From contig CAJNYD010000039.1 in NCBI GenBank assembly GCA_905331295.1, positions 348,734 to 401,530 of the forward strand: 52,797 nt of DNA, written 5' to 3'. The notes beneath the pieces were generated by a model. That model worked only from the letters and a program-made list of their open reading frames with translations. It searched no databases and was not told the DNA's origin. Position numbers and translations under genes: made by a program. Positions 11,858 to 25,447 of this stretch are shown here, piece by piece (the first letter of the stretch is position 1; each line of letters starts with the position of its first letter). The DNA comes from Rotaria socialis. Taxonomy: Eukaryota.

Positions 11858-14032
11858 GGGGTTGGCGGATAACGTCGAAAAGGAAAACGCCGAAAAGGAA
11901 AACGCCGAAAAGGAAAACGTCGAAAATAAAGTAGGAAAGGAAAACACCGAAAAGGAAAATGTCGAAACACAAAAAGAGAAAAGAGGAAAATGCCGAAAAG
12001 GAAAACATCGAAATCTAGAAAGAAAGAGAAAATTCGAATTCTTTAAAGATGTCAGAGACGATATAAACTGCTATTGCCTTTTCTCATCGTGATTGGTCAT
12101 TTGTTGACCTAGCGCAATGGATACTATTTATTTAACACTAATATTTGCACACAAAAATATATTGCGTAAAAATGGATTTAGAGAAAAATCTATGAAAAAT
12201 CAGCACTCTGATTTGCTGTTTGGTACGTCTAATAAAGGCAAACCAATAATAATATATAAAAATTACTTTTTCAAATGCAATAAGACTACTGAATCAAAAA
12301 ATATTGGGTTTGCAATGAGAAAGCATGTGGTGTGTACGTACATACGAACATCAATGGTGAATTTATCTGTATCAAAGGTGATCACAATCATAGTTCTAAT
12401 CCTGATGAAGTAACTGTTACGCTGCTACGAGGCAAAATGAAAGAAAGAATACTTGCTGAAACCACCTCTATAACCAAAATATATGATGAAGAAATTGTGA
12501 AAGCGAATATTTCAAAAGGAGCAACAGCTTTGATACCAACTGTAGTTGAATTTAGTAAGTAATAGTTATATCTATTAAACATCACAATTTTTCTATTATT
12601 AAGGGTCAAATATGAGTAAAGCAAGCCGAAAGAAAACACCTGTAATTCCATCGAATTTTATGTTTGAAATTCCTGATTTATATCAATCAACATTAACAGA
12701 AAAACGTTTTTTATTGATAGATATTTTCCTTAAACGAGGTCAAGATCGTATTTTAATTTTTGCGAGTGATCAACAATTAAAGCTACTATACGAAAGTAGT
12801 ACAATTTTTATGGACGGAACCTTTGATATTGCACCTGCTCCTTTTAAACAAGTTTACTTGATACATGGCGAAAAATTTGGTCAAGGTATATCTTAAAAAC
12901 ACATGATATTTTGAATTTTCGAAATGATTCAATTTTGTTGAAGGATTACCCGTTGCATTTTGTCTCTTGTCAAATAAACGTGGTAGAACATACCTGGAAT
13001 TATTTGAACGACTAAAGGAACAGGCTATTTTTTTGAAAACCAAATTTGATCCAAAACGTATCATTACAGATTTTGAACCTTGTTTGTTACCAGTTATACA
13101 ACAAGAAGTAACTATTGTTATGTTAATAATACATATTCATCTTGTTTATATTTTATTTGTAGTTTCCATTTGCTATTCACTCTGGCTGTATGTTTCATTT
13201 TAACCAAGCAGTTCACCGAAAAATCACTGATCTAGGTTTAGCAAGTGATTATCTACATAATGAAGCCATTCGTAATCAATATCGACAAATCATGGCTTTA
13301 AGTCTTATGCCGATAGAGCAAGTGCATAGTCAGTTTCAACGTCTGGAAACAATTACATCTGCAGCATTAAGTGATTTATTATTATACTTTAAAAATCAAT
13401 GGGTACATGGCGTTGTTCCGATTTCAATGTGAAATTTTTTCGACGTTATTCATCATACTAATAACATATCGGAGGGTAGATTAATATGTTTCATGAATGT
13501 ATCCTAAAGTTCTAAACTATATTATTCTTTATTATAGCGTATAATCTTAGATTCTCCATTCGACTATCCAAGAAGCACCCGAATATATGGTGTTTTATAC
13601 AGTTGATTCAAAGTGAGCATGTTCGCTTTGAACACATTTTAATTCAATTAGAAGCTGGTGCATCTCCACCAAAGCAATCAAAAAAAACCATTTCCTTTCA
13701 AAAAAGATTTGAAACTGTAAAATAAAGATTCATTCAACAACAGATAAACGCTAATGAACTTTTATCAAGTCTATCCTTATTAATTGGAAAGAAAAAACAA
13801 TAAAACGTTATGCTATAGTATGGAAATTTTCTTTGTAGTATAATTAAAGCAACATCAATCATAATGATTAATCAATACAATTGATATTTAGCTTTCGATA
13901 TTTTCCTTTTCGACATTTTCCTTTCGATATTTTCCTCGACAAAAAATTTTTTTTCGATATTTTCCACTTTCCTTTTTTTCGACATTTTCCTCGCTTTCGA
14001 CGTTTTCCTTTTCGGTGTTTTCCACCAAGATC
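11858..14032 (+). mobile_element. Mutator-like (MULE) transposon
   Basis: TIRs built of CGAAAAGGAAAA repeats (11858-12010; inverted at 13893-14032). Target duplication CAATCTCT at 11850-11857 and 14033-14040. Confidence 0.93.
12117..13803 (+). pseudogene. FLYWCH-MULE transposase, intron-containing, inactivated
   Basis: FLYWCH-like KGKPIIIYKNYFF..YWVC..C..HNH; FMDGTFDIAP, IITDFE, GCMFHFNQAV and TNNISE motifs. Four short GT-AG introns. Frameshift at ~12300; stops at 13430 and ~13722. Confidence 0.9.
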
Positions 14033-15218
14033 CAATCTCTAATCCCATCACGAATCCGATATTGAGAGATACATGCTCCACTATCGCCACATGCATTAGG
14101 ATGAACAGCGTATGGTTGACCATCGAATGAAAACGAATTATTCCAACAAAACTTGTCATATTTCAACGTTGAATTAAAGTCTTGGTGTCCAAATTTGAAA
14201 AACTGAGGATCACAAAGCTTGCCACTGAGTAGAGGAGGGATTGCCAGCGCTCCGCTGAAGCGTAATGGAATAAAACTTTGCATTGTAAAATGAAATCCTC
14301 GACATTTTATATTTCCATCAAGCGTAAAAGTGTTGATAGCTACTTCGTCCCAGACACCAATGCTATTATAGAATAAAAGGATGTTTGCATTGATCAATCC
14401 TGGTGGTGGATACAAAATAAAACGTCCAATGTCTTTATACACTAGTGAAATTATTTGTGAACAGTTCTCACGATTGCATGGACAATCTCGCTCGAACGCA
14501 TCTGAAAAATAGCATTGAACTAAATATTGACACTTTTTTCGTCAGTTAATGTTGATGAATCCATTGCGCTCCATGAAGGATAGCGTAAATCATTATAGTT
14601 CTCGTCTGGCCAACACAATCCATTTTCAAGCGTCCACGCTTGCTTGTGCAGACTCACTTCACACATATAGTTTAGATTACGCTTGCTGAAACAATCATTA
14701 TCTGCTGGAAGAACTCGTTGAAATGCCATTCAAGTTATCCAATCAACACATTGTCCATCGCCACATGAGTACATTGAAGCATGACAAATATGTTCATTAT
14801 ATTCCATTACATTTGGATTGAAAGAACATGATTCACCCCAGTTGGTCAAACGTTCATCACTCCAGTCCATACAATCAAAATCACCTTTAAATGTGAACAG
14901 TACTTTTATACGACGAGATCGTAATAATTCTATGAAAGGCTTTAGTACGATTCTGTATAATTGGGTTTGTTTTCGTTAAACTATCTAAATTCTTTTTATG
15001 GTAAAATACTGCAATATGTAGCTTTTTTATTAAAGCAGAAAAAAAAGAAACAGTGATTTTAATTTTAAAAAATAGTTATATGCATCAATAAAAGTATTAG
15101 AAAATGTTTTATTAAAACAGTTTCTAATTGAATGCAGCAAAACCTGCTATATATATATATGTTATCAGTCAGAAAAATCTTGCAGATGTCGTAAATAATC
15201 ACTAAAAATACAAAGTAT

Positions 15219-18200
15219 TCATATTGTCTTTGTCTTATTTCGTGATCGTTTTAATCGTTGTGCTATTGGCTTTTCTGGGCTGGCTGAACGTTTTCGTGAT
15301 ATAGAACTAGATTTTTTCTTATTGTTTGTACATAAATGATTCGATTTTGACGAGTTTGACTCGACATTGTTCAACGTGCGTTTGGTATGTTCACTTGTAA
15401 TTGGTTCAGATAAAAATTCTTCTTCCGGCTTCTCTGGTGTTGCAATTTGTATAATTAATGGTGGATCAATAGGTGATGATAAATTAGATGATCGTGATGT
15501 TTGTGTTGTACATTTTTCCATGTTAATATAGGCAGTTGGATTTGTACTGATTGTTGTTGAATTTTGTGTATCATCTATGTAATATAAGTATGCATAATTA
15601 AAAGTAGTTCTTATGTATCACATATTACGTACCTATGTTTCTGATAGAATTCTCTTGGTAGCTGTTATCAAATGATCGATTACCATGACCACCTTCAATT
15701 TCTTTTAAAACACCTATAGTAGTTGTTTGTGTATTATTAGTTGTTGAGATAGTTTTAACAAGTTGAATATTTCCTGTACGTTCTTTTTTATCAATATGAA
15801 AATTCCATTGTTTTAATGCAAGTCGTAATTGTTTCGAAAGAATGCTTGACTCTTGTAACAATATTCCGTACAACAAATGAATAACTCGGTTGTGCGTGCC
15901 AAATTGTAATTCGAATATGACATATAATGAAATGACAACACTTAATGCTTGATTTATAGATTTTGTTTGAGTTATCATATCAAAATCCAAATATATATAA
16001 AAATTATCGTCTGTTATTTGTATAGTTGGTCGAGGACATGCTGGTTCCTGTACGATGAAAAAAAGATATATTTATGAACACAAAAGATTATTGTTAAATG
16101 CATCATATAAGATTAAAATGTTGTCTTTTACATTACCTTAGTTTTTAATAAAAATTTAACACTTACTTTATTGCGTAATAAATATTGCCATGAATCTTGA
16201 AAATGTTTAGTTAACAGTTTGATCAATCGTACTGTGGGAAGATCTAAACAGTCATGACGAAAAATAAAACATTTGAAAACATTCCATAATCTAACTAGAT
16301 ACTTACCATTTACATAACTTTCGTTGTCGGGAACCATAACAAGTAATTTTTGCAACGCATTTTCTAAATTTGATTCAATGTCAACATTGCATAGATATTG
16401 AATTTCGTCGAAAATCTTAAAATAAAATTAACTATTTAGTTCAATAAAATCACTGTAAGATCTATTAAATGATTAAGCAATTCTTCAAATCTTATCAAAT
16501 AATGTAAATATGCTTACTAATACAACATGATGATAACCAGGATATTCTTGTAACACTTCTTTTGTTGTATGAGTTTGAATAAATTGTCTACGAACTACCA
16601 ATGTTTTCTTCCATGCGATTCTAACTTCATCAAAATTTACTTTTTCGTGTGATAACTCGTTCTTCATGAATTGAATACTTTTATTTAAATCGTCAGGATC
16701 ATCATGAAGATCAATTTTATTCCAAAAATCAATAGGAACCTTTAATAAAAAAAAATTCTTTACTCATATTAAAATAAAAAGTTTTAGGAAAGCTTACTTC
16801 ACGACGGGGTGCAACTATATTATCATTTCCTTTTATTGGGCGACCATAGGTGCTACTATGCTTGAGTTTCATTCGTTGAACTTGTTCAGATGTTTGTTGA
16901 AGCGGACGACGCTCTCTTTTGAATTTAGATTTAAGACATTCGATCCAATCGTTCTAGAAAAATAATCAACTTCAGTCTAATGATAAAATGTCAAAAAACG
17001 TTAGACTCTCATTCTAAGTTTGCAGGAACGGCGCGAAGTAATAAAATTATAGGGGGGTTACTTGAAAACGGAGGGTTTTTCTTCAAAAATCGGAGGAAAT
17101 CAATAAAAATCTCTTCTATTTTCTTCAAATCGGAGAAAAATTAAAACAAAAATTTCCAAAGTTGGGGGAACCCCCCCCCCCTGTTCGCGCCGTCCCTGTA
17201 AACTTGGCACTCTACGTTGTTGACAAAGTTTCGAGAAAAGTAGATAGCCATCACGAAATTGTTTCTTGCATGTATTCAACATTCTGAGAATTTTATCTTC
17301 ATCAATTAATGACTAACCTATGAATATAATATCTTACATACGGAGAAAAGAAAAAAGTCTATTCAGCATTTGGTAATAATTCAAATCTACTAGTTCTATT
17401 TGTCCTGTAAGTGTATATACTCTCTAATTATATTTTTCTACGTAATCAAGGTCTGTTTTCGTTACTATTATCAACAGTTTATTTACCAATGCTTGAGTAT
17501 CATTATGAATATTAAACAATTTCAATGTTGCAATTGCCATTGATCTATATTGATTCGAATTCGGATAACTAAAATAGAGAAAACAGTGATATTATTTCTT
17601 CTTACAGAATAACCATGATTACTCACAGCAAAGAATAGTTTGTTGTAACATCTGTAAAAATAACATCAAGTAATAGTCGACGTGCATTTGTATGACCGCC
17701 GAAATGACTTATTTCTCCTTTATCTATAAATTGTTGAATTTTCAATGGTAAATCTGGTAACGTGTACACATATGGAAAAATAGATTCTTCATTGTCTTCA
17801 TTGTTGTCGTTTTCTTGACATTCTTTTGGTGATTTAATTGTTTCTTCATTTATAACTTCGGGACTTGGTAAAGAAGTTGATTGAAAAGCATCACCTTGAT
17901 AATTATTTGAATGTGTAATTGCCGACGCTGTTGCAGCTTGATCAGTAGTACGTTGTTCCATTAATTGTTTTGAACTATTTTCTGATGAATACTCTAAGTA
18001 GTTGTTTGACAAGAGCTGATCACTATTATTTTGACTTGTACCATGAAACAATGCACGATGTTCTGTTAGAAAACGTACACGATCTTTCATTGGTTTAATA
18101 ATTTCATACATCATCGATTGTGGCAAATTAAAAAGTGTATCACCATCGATATCTTCTTCTAAATAATGGAAAAAAAACATTCAAATTAGATAAGCTAGAA

Positions 18201-18260
18201 GAAAAAAGAAATATATTTCTTTGATTTGTATTCCTATACGTTAATAACAATATTTTTCAT
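15219..18260 (-). CDS. Multi-exon CMC accessory protein (SAM domain, SAMD3-like)
   Basis: EEDIDGDTLFNLPQSMMYEIIKPMKDRVRFL (SAM-like), YTLPDLP, DWIECLKSKFKRERR, WKKTLVVRRQFI..LQEYP and ALSVVISLYVIFELQF, on exons separated by GT-AG introns. Exact start uncertain. Confidence 0.7.
17023..17198. mobile_element. hAT-like MITE in an intron
   Basis: TIRs CAGGAACGGCGCGAA and TTCGCGCCGTCCCTG; flanks TAAGTTTG / TAAACTTG (6 of 8 match). Confidence 0.75.
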
Positions 18261-18294
18261 TGTAGAATAATTCTATTTCAATACAGCATGTTTA

Positions 18295-21200
18295 TTAAAT
18301 TTTGTTTCTTTCTTTAGTAAGACGCGAAAGAACATTAACATATGATTTTCTATTCACTTCATATATATCAAGTCCTTTTGCAACTATGCGAATAAGTTCA
18401 TCCGGCTTCTTAATTGATAATAAATGCGTGTGTTCGAGTTCATAAGACCAAAGAGATTCATTGAACGCTACTGTATTCAATTCTTCTACTACTAATAACC
18501 AAACATTATCAACTTGAAAAATGAATATCAAGTGAAAAAATGAGGGTATTTCTTCTTCATGAATGAGATTGTTCACAAACACTGAGTTTTTTACGAACAT
18601 AACATGATTAAATTGTAATCGTTCGTACTCCATAAATAGAGTATGTTGATCAACATTTTTTATATTTTCTTGTAGTAATCTACGAATATCAGCTGGCAAC
18701 ATAAGAAACTGTTTGGTTCGCGACGAATAACCTTCGTTATTTATATCATAATAATTGGACGAAGAAAAAAATAGACACTGGCGTAACTGATGACGCTTTG
18801 ATAATGTATAAAGAATGTTCTTGTAGTTGTTAGATTTAACAGCAAGGCGTTTGAAAACTTGATGTTTTGCTTCAAAACGCATACACCAATGTCGAACGGG
18901 CGGTCCAAACATGCCAATTTGACTTGCGTAATGGATAATCAAATGCACTTTAGAAGTTAAAAAATTAGGTAATAAATGAACCATTAAACATTGAAAACGA
19001 ATAGTTAAAGAATATAAATATGACAGCCATGATTTTCGAAAAGGACAAGCATATAAGAGACTAACTATTTCACGTAAGCATGTATAGACTTCACGAGTAT
19101 CTAATTGTTCGATTATATCAAAAAATATAATTGGAAACAATGTAAATAAGCACATTTTTTGAGATGCTGTTCCAATCAGTTTTCCTTTAGCTAAATGTTT
19201 TTTTCTTAAGATTGGTGGTTTATTTTCTTTGTCGTTGAAGCCATATTTAAAAGATATCAAACGATCTTCAATTTCTCCATATGACAAAAGTCTCTTTGTT
19301 GAGGTTTCTCTTAACATAGCTAATAGAACTTTTCCACACAACCCTAAATAGAAATAGAAATAGCATTTTATTTTGAAAAACTAGTCTTCACTTCATACCT
19401 TCATTTATATCATGCATGATATCGTTTGGCAACGATATAACAGGATGAAAACCAATCAATTTAGATAATGGACTATCATCGACCACGCCACGTAAAACAG
19501 TATGATTATTCAAAGTTAATAATTCTTTAACTAAATTATCGTGCTCATCTGTTGTTCTTAGAGCATGGGAAATTTCATTTAATGGGGTGAATCTTTCATC
19601 ATAATTCATATAACAGTGTCTACAAAAGTAGCCATTACTAAAGGACTTTTGAAAACCGCCTATATCGTTGGAAGCTAAGTGATCCCCGGTAAGAACTGTA
19701 AATACAAAATTTAGTCGACTAGCAGAATTTGGAATACTAAGTCCTCTAGTCTGTAAAATATTAAGATCTTGAACAATTGGATCAAAGAACTTTTTTTTAT
19801 TTGACTTCGTGGATAGATAGTTTGAATTGCACATTGCTATAAGACCGATGGACTTTAACATTGATTTTACAGTATTGGGTAAATCTTCTAATTGAAAATA
19901 AACCATGGTGATTTTTTGTGTATCTTTCTTCGCTCCGATAGGGTTAGTTAATCCAATTTCGTCGATGTACAATTGAAACAATAATGAATCAGGTTTATCT
20001 CGTAAAATAATGTTTTCTTCTGCTTGTGATCCATGACGATAATCATACATAAGATCAGTGTCAACAGCATTACGATTGACTGTTTCATTATAGTTTTTAA
20101 TTAACATATTTAATACATCAGGTTTACTCAACAGTTGTTGAATACTTGATTGTATTGGTATATAAAATGCTACTTGATTAGGATAATCTAACTTTATTTC
20201 TTGCGCCGGATCATAACAAAAATGCTTTTTACATAATTTCAAAAAATTATATTCATTTTTGGTAACATTTATCATTCTCTCTATGAAATCTTTCGAAAAT
20301 CACATAAGCAACTTCGAATATGGTTTCTCATTTGATCATAAAAACTTGCTTTAGACAAAGAAGTTTAAGTGGATGTGGATTGATTACATGATGGAAATAT
20401 ATCAAATTTTATGAAAAAAAATTTCTAACTCTTATTAGATATTGTCATCAAAGTTTCAAAAAAATACATTGTTGACAATATCGACTACACAGAGATAAGG
20501 ATTGAATGGAACAGTAGTTCAAAGCAATCAGACTATATCACATTGAAAACCTTTTTCTCATCAACAAGATACGCTTAGATAAATTAGGAGCACGACTCTT
20601 CGCGAGAGTGCACCGTGAAATAAATCGTGTATTATGCAATGATTCACACAAAATCATAAATGATATTCTTCTCAAAAGTATTCATTACATACATGTCTTT
20701 TGAATAAACATAAGTTAATTCGTGTAGAATTATTATCCAATATAGAATCAAATTCTAAAATGATATTAGAAATATTATTTCTTGCTTTTGTATTTTTGGC
20801 AAGATAGCGGTGTGATTTCTAGAATCTCATTTTGTTGTGATCTCATCTACTTTTCATTTTTGAAATGAATAAAAGCTATATATCAAATTATATATAAATA
20901 ATAAAGATAATCATGATGAACGATTTGTTTTGAATAAAAAACTTCATGTTTTTTGGAATAGATTCGAGAAATTCATTTTGATTCATAGATTAGCGATGAA
21001 ATCAAAATGAGCAGGAAAAAAGTGATCGTTTCATTCCCGAACAATTACTATAACACTTAAAATAACTTTATTTATATCATCTAATGCAAAAACATTTTCG
21101 GTCGATGGAGATTTAGTTGCTCGTTGGTACTGAATAAGTGAACTCTTTATTTGATTTTTTAGTAATTCATGAATAAGTTCAATTAATGATCGAAATCCAA

Positions 21201-21717
21201 ATGTAATTCCTTGAATTATATTTTGCGGTAAAGAATAACCTTCCCTTAAATTTAACAGCAATTCTATATAAAACCTTTCAAATGCATCTAAGTCTATTGT
21301 TTGTTTTGATAGTTGAATTCTGGCCTCTTTTAAAAGTGACCAACAAATACTAGTATCATCGTCTAGTTCTGTTTGCTCATCCTGAAATTCATCTTCTGCA
21401 TCATTTATTTGTATATCGAAATCTAAATACGGAACACCACATGTTGACGATGATATATTGTCACATGCTTCTGTATCAAGTTGAATTGGCTGCCTACATA
21501 AATTCTCATCAAGAAGATTTAAATGTTCTCTATAAATATGGGTTTTATAAGCATTAAACGTTGAATATATCGTTCCACATAGAGTACCGAGTTCACATCG
21601 AATTTTAAAATTAGGCTGACCATTATGAACATACTGTAAATGTTGAAATAATTTACGAAACGTGGGGAACGATCCAGCTTGAATACATAGGGAGCAAACA
21701 TAATCTTGTGATGACAT
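18295..21717 (-). CDS. EnSpm/CMC (Mirage-like) transposase with two N-terminal C2H2 zinc fingers
   Basis: Segments 21717-~21047, ~20284-19399 and 19343-18295 (55-nt intron at 19344-19398). Motifs LYIDEIGLTNPIG, GDHLASNDIGGF..YFCRHC, DIMHDINEG, KVHLIIHY and GPPVRHWCMRFEAKH. Interrupted by ~760 bp at ~20285-21046. Confidence 0.85.
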
Positions 21718-23780
21718 ATCAATATCACTTACTAGTGAAAATATCAAGAACTTGCTTGTTTTTATTAAAAGTAAATAACCATTGTGTTACTTGTGAGCAA
21801 TTCCAGCTACGAGGATCCATTGTATTCGGAAAGCACGATGCGAATAAAAATAATAAAATTTCAAATACCAAATCACACGACAAAATGCTGTAGAACTTCA
21901 ATTACTTCTAAACAAAAAAATGAAATACAATGCAAAAGAAAAACGCATACGGACAAGTTTTTACTATAAATGCCGTAGTTTATTCTGTTGCCTCTAAGAT
22001 ATTGTAAATGTAATTAAACTTAGAATAATCACTCAGAAGAATTGTGAAAGTGAAAACCAATAAATATCTAAACAAAAAAACAAAATTTTGGAGATGTAAT
22101 CATTTCCTGGTAGAAAAGTAATCCAGCAAATTATAGCAGTGAAAGTAAATTTTGAACGATAGCTGGTCTCGTTGCCAATATTGTTAGTTTAGTTTAACAA
22201 GATAATTATATCTAAATGTATTCAACAACTTATGAGGATAACAAAAAATTTTATTGATTTCGGTAGAAAACGGTCTACAATAATCAAGAATCGTTCAAGA
22301 GTATCATTGGTCCCCATTGCACGCAATCATATCCACCATTTAAGGGAGGCCACTTACGTACAGTGAGTTGTTAAAGATGCTGCAATGAGATATTCTCTGA
22401 AATATGAAAGAATTTCATGTGAAACCGTTATATATTCCAACTATAATATGGTATAATACGAAACCCGAAAATGGTTCATACGAAACCTTTTCTGTTTTAA
22501 CTTTTACAGAAGTATGATACGAAACCTCTTTTATTTCAGAACCTTATAACAGTATTACACGAAACCTTTTATGCTACTAAACCTACAAGAGGTTTCGCAG
22601 ATGTATAAAGTACCTCTAAGAGTATAATAAAACACTACTAAACCATAAAGGTTCGGTGCGACACCTTTTTTTTTTTCAGTGCATAGTACAGATAAGTACG
22701 TTCTGGTTACCAGAATCGTACATATTCGATATTCATTAGAACCATTTCGAAAAGTAATTCTGTTTATCAGAAACTCGGAGAGTTGATTCTGGTGACCAAT
22801 AATATTGGTCACCAGTGTTACCAGTACCTAGTATACTGGTATACTGTAAACTAAAAAATAATTTATAGAGTTTAGTGAATAATATTCTAGGAATGCCTAT
22901 ATGAATTCAACGACGAGTTTCTATCTTTTTGAAAATAAACTAACGATATTCTAACTATGATTTAACACAGGCAGTAAATCTGATATTCTAAGGTTTAGAA
23001 AATCTACTATTTTCAAAATAATTGAAATTCGATTAATAAATCATAAAAGTTATAAAATCCATTAGCTTACTCTACATTAATTTTCTTCAAAGTAGAATTT
23101 AAAAAATTACTATGCACTGATGAACCTCTATCTGGGGCCCTGTTCAGTTGTGACTTGAGCAGCATATAGTATTTAAAAAAATCCTTCAACTGAAAAATCC
23201 CTAAATCAAAATCCCTATTTGGTCACCAGAATGGGTCATATTTGTTTTATTCCCCACAAGTGTAGATAAGATGTAGAGATGTGTCTCGGGATTTCAATTT
23301 ATGGGAAATGATAACCAACCCTGGTTACCACATCAATTTTTTTCATAGAATCAGTGTTGGTAGTATCGTGAATAAGAAGAATAGGAGTGGTGCATGCTAC
23401 TGATTATAAATGGTCGTGAAAAAGAATAGTTCCATTATCTCCTTGAGAAAAGCGAGGCTGTTCGTTCACATTCGCCATAATTTTTATGGTAATTCTTATT
23501 GATAATCAGTGAAAGCTATGAATAGCTTGTTTTGCTTTGTTTTCTGTGGTTCTGGTCACCAGACTACCAGTTTAAAATTTTTACATATCATTGATAAGTG
23601 GAATTTTTAAATACTAATTGTAATCCTTCTCCAGTAATTCTCTCGCATTTACCCCATCGAGTGTGTCAGTAAGTCCCGAAATTTGATCGTACAATACATG
23701 TACAACTCAAGTTTTGTAATATGTGCATTGCTACTCACTCTTATCAATAGCATAACAACAGCACAGTTAGTAAAAGTAGT

Positions 23781-24158
23781 GGTGGGTTACCATTTACCCC
23801 CAAAACTGGTTACTACGAATCAATCCCCAAATAAAATCCCCGCTTGGAGCTATCAAATGAATAAAGTGAGGACACTGATTTGGGGATTTTTTAATTGGCT
23901 AAACATAATAAAAACAGCTTTACGATGAATCTGGTGGCCAGAATATATTATGGGTCGCCAAAAGCTACACTTTATAGTAACCCAAGATATAATCTGGTCA
24001 TCAGATTCATCATAGAGCTGTTTTTCTAATGTTTAGTGAATTTAAAAAAATCCCCAAATCAATATCCTCACTTTATTCGTTTGATTACCCCAAATGGTGA
24101 ATTTTATTTGGGAGTTGATTTGTGCTAACCAGTTTTGGGGCAAATGATAACCTACCCA
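23781..24158. repeat. Inverted repeat with ~170-bp arms (probable MITE)
   Basis: CCCCAAAACTGGTTA..GAATAAAGTGAGGA..TGATTTGGGGATTTTTT pairs with AAAAAATCCCCAAATCA..TCCTCACTTTATTC..TAACCAGTTTTGGGG. Confidence 0.8.
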
Positions 24159-24800
24159 TTTTATTTCTTTGCTCAAATACGCGCTGTAAAGAACTAGTAT
24201 TGATCGATACACCCAGCACCTCCTTGTGTCTTTTTTATTTCAGGGTAGAACAATGAGAACATTGAAAAAAGATAGAATGGTAAAATTCTTCTTGTACTTA
24301 CAGGTGCACTAGCCGCTATTCAAATAAACCATGTTGTTTATTCAAAATGATAACAAAATCCTTAAAAGAACATTTCACATGCAAATATTATTGCAGTCTT
24401 TCGTTTGTTCTTCACGATAATTAACTACCATAGTCACGCTGTCACAATGCGTTTCCAAAAGAAAACAAACTAAAAACACCTATAGATAATATTTAGAAAA
24501 ATAATTGAAACAACGGAAGATGGTATTACCATCGGACAAATACTAGTTGATGATGAAAGACAAAAAGGATATAAAGCATGATAGTCTCATTTACACGATT
24601 AATTCATACATCTGGTTGTGCTCAATAGCACTAATTGAACGAATGAAATAGCTAGATACTAAATCTTTTATCTTATATATTCTCGCTTCCGATATGATAG
24701 ATTATTATGCACTTGTTTCAGAAGGTCCATTTAGAGCGTTATGTTTTCAAATAGTTATTCCGTACAATAAATATTCTCAACATTAGGAGTACTGAAGGGT

Positions 24801-25447
24801 NNNNNNNNNNNNNNNNNNNNNNNNNNNNNNNNNNNNNNNNNNNNNNNNNNNNNNNNNNNNNNNNNNNNNNNNNNNNNNNNNNNNNNNNNNNNNNNNNNNN
24901 NNNNNNNNNNNNNNNNNNNNNNNNNNNNNNNNNNNNNNNNNNNNNNNNNNNNNNNNNNNNNNNNNNNNNNNNNNNNNNNNNNNNNNNNNNNNNNNNNNNN
25001 NNNNNNNNNNNNNNNNNNNNNNNNNNNNNNNNNNNNNNNNNNNNNNNNNNNNNNNNNNNNNNNNNNNNNNNNNNNNNNNNNNNNNNNNNNNNNNNNNNNN
25101 NNNNNNNNNNNNNNNNNNNNNNNNNNNNNNNNNNNNNNNNNNNNNNNNNNNNNNNNNNNNNNNNNNNNNNNNNNNNNNNNNNNNNNNNNNNNNNNNNNNN
25201 NNNNNNNNNNNNNNNNNNNNNNNNNNNNNNNNNNNNNNNNNNNNNNNNNNNNNNNNNNNNNNNNNNNNNNNNNNNNNNNNNNNNNNNNNNNNNNNNNNNN
25301 NNNNNNNNNNNNNNNNNNNNNNNNNNNNNNNNNNNNNNNNNNNNNNNNNNNNNNNNNNNNNNNNNNNNNNNNNNNNNNNNNNNNNNNNNNNNNNNNNNNN
25401 NNNNNNNNNNNNNNNNNNNNNNNNNNNNNNNNNNNNNNNNNNNNNNN
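24801..25447. other. Assembly gap (N run)
   Basis: Run of n. Confidence 1.

Larger units (their letters stand above)
10501..14886 (-). pseudogene. LDL-receptor class A / EGF repeat protein (GRL101-like receptor ectodomain), disrupted by a MULE insertion, frameshifts and truncation
   Basis: LDLa motifs GDFDCMDWSDE, CLTGQCIELEWVCDGEWDCMDASDE, GDGIEDCYNAYDE and CNRQQDCLHGADE; EGF motif CNRG..CVCPPAYYGRFCE. Frameshifts at ~14520, ~11600 and ~10740. No transmembrane part is seen after 10501. Confidence 0.85.
15000..22681 (-). mobile_element. EnSpm/CMC-superfamily transposon with two genes; only the right terminus is identifiable (left coordinate approximate)
   Basis: Right end ...CCTTTTTTTTTTTCAGTG (22681) is a CACTGAAAA TIR with CGAAACC subterminal repeats, similar to the element at 34418-35476. 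Contains a transposase and a SAM-type ORF. Confidence 0.75.

Noticed and set aside
11814..12092. EKENAEKEN repeat ORF (also the tail of 13888-14442)
   Set aside because: Read-through of the MULE TIR repeats.
24244..24581. Exon-like plus-strand fragments (e.g. KIIETTEDGITIGQILVDDERQKGYKA*)
   Set aside because: I could not assemble an open spliced frame or recognise a family.
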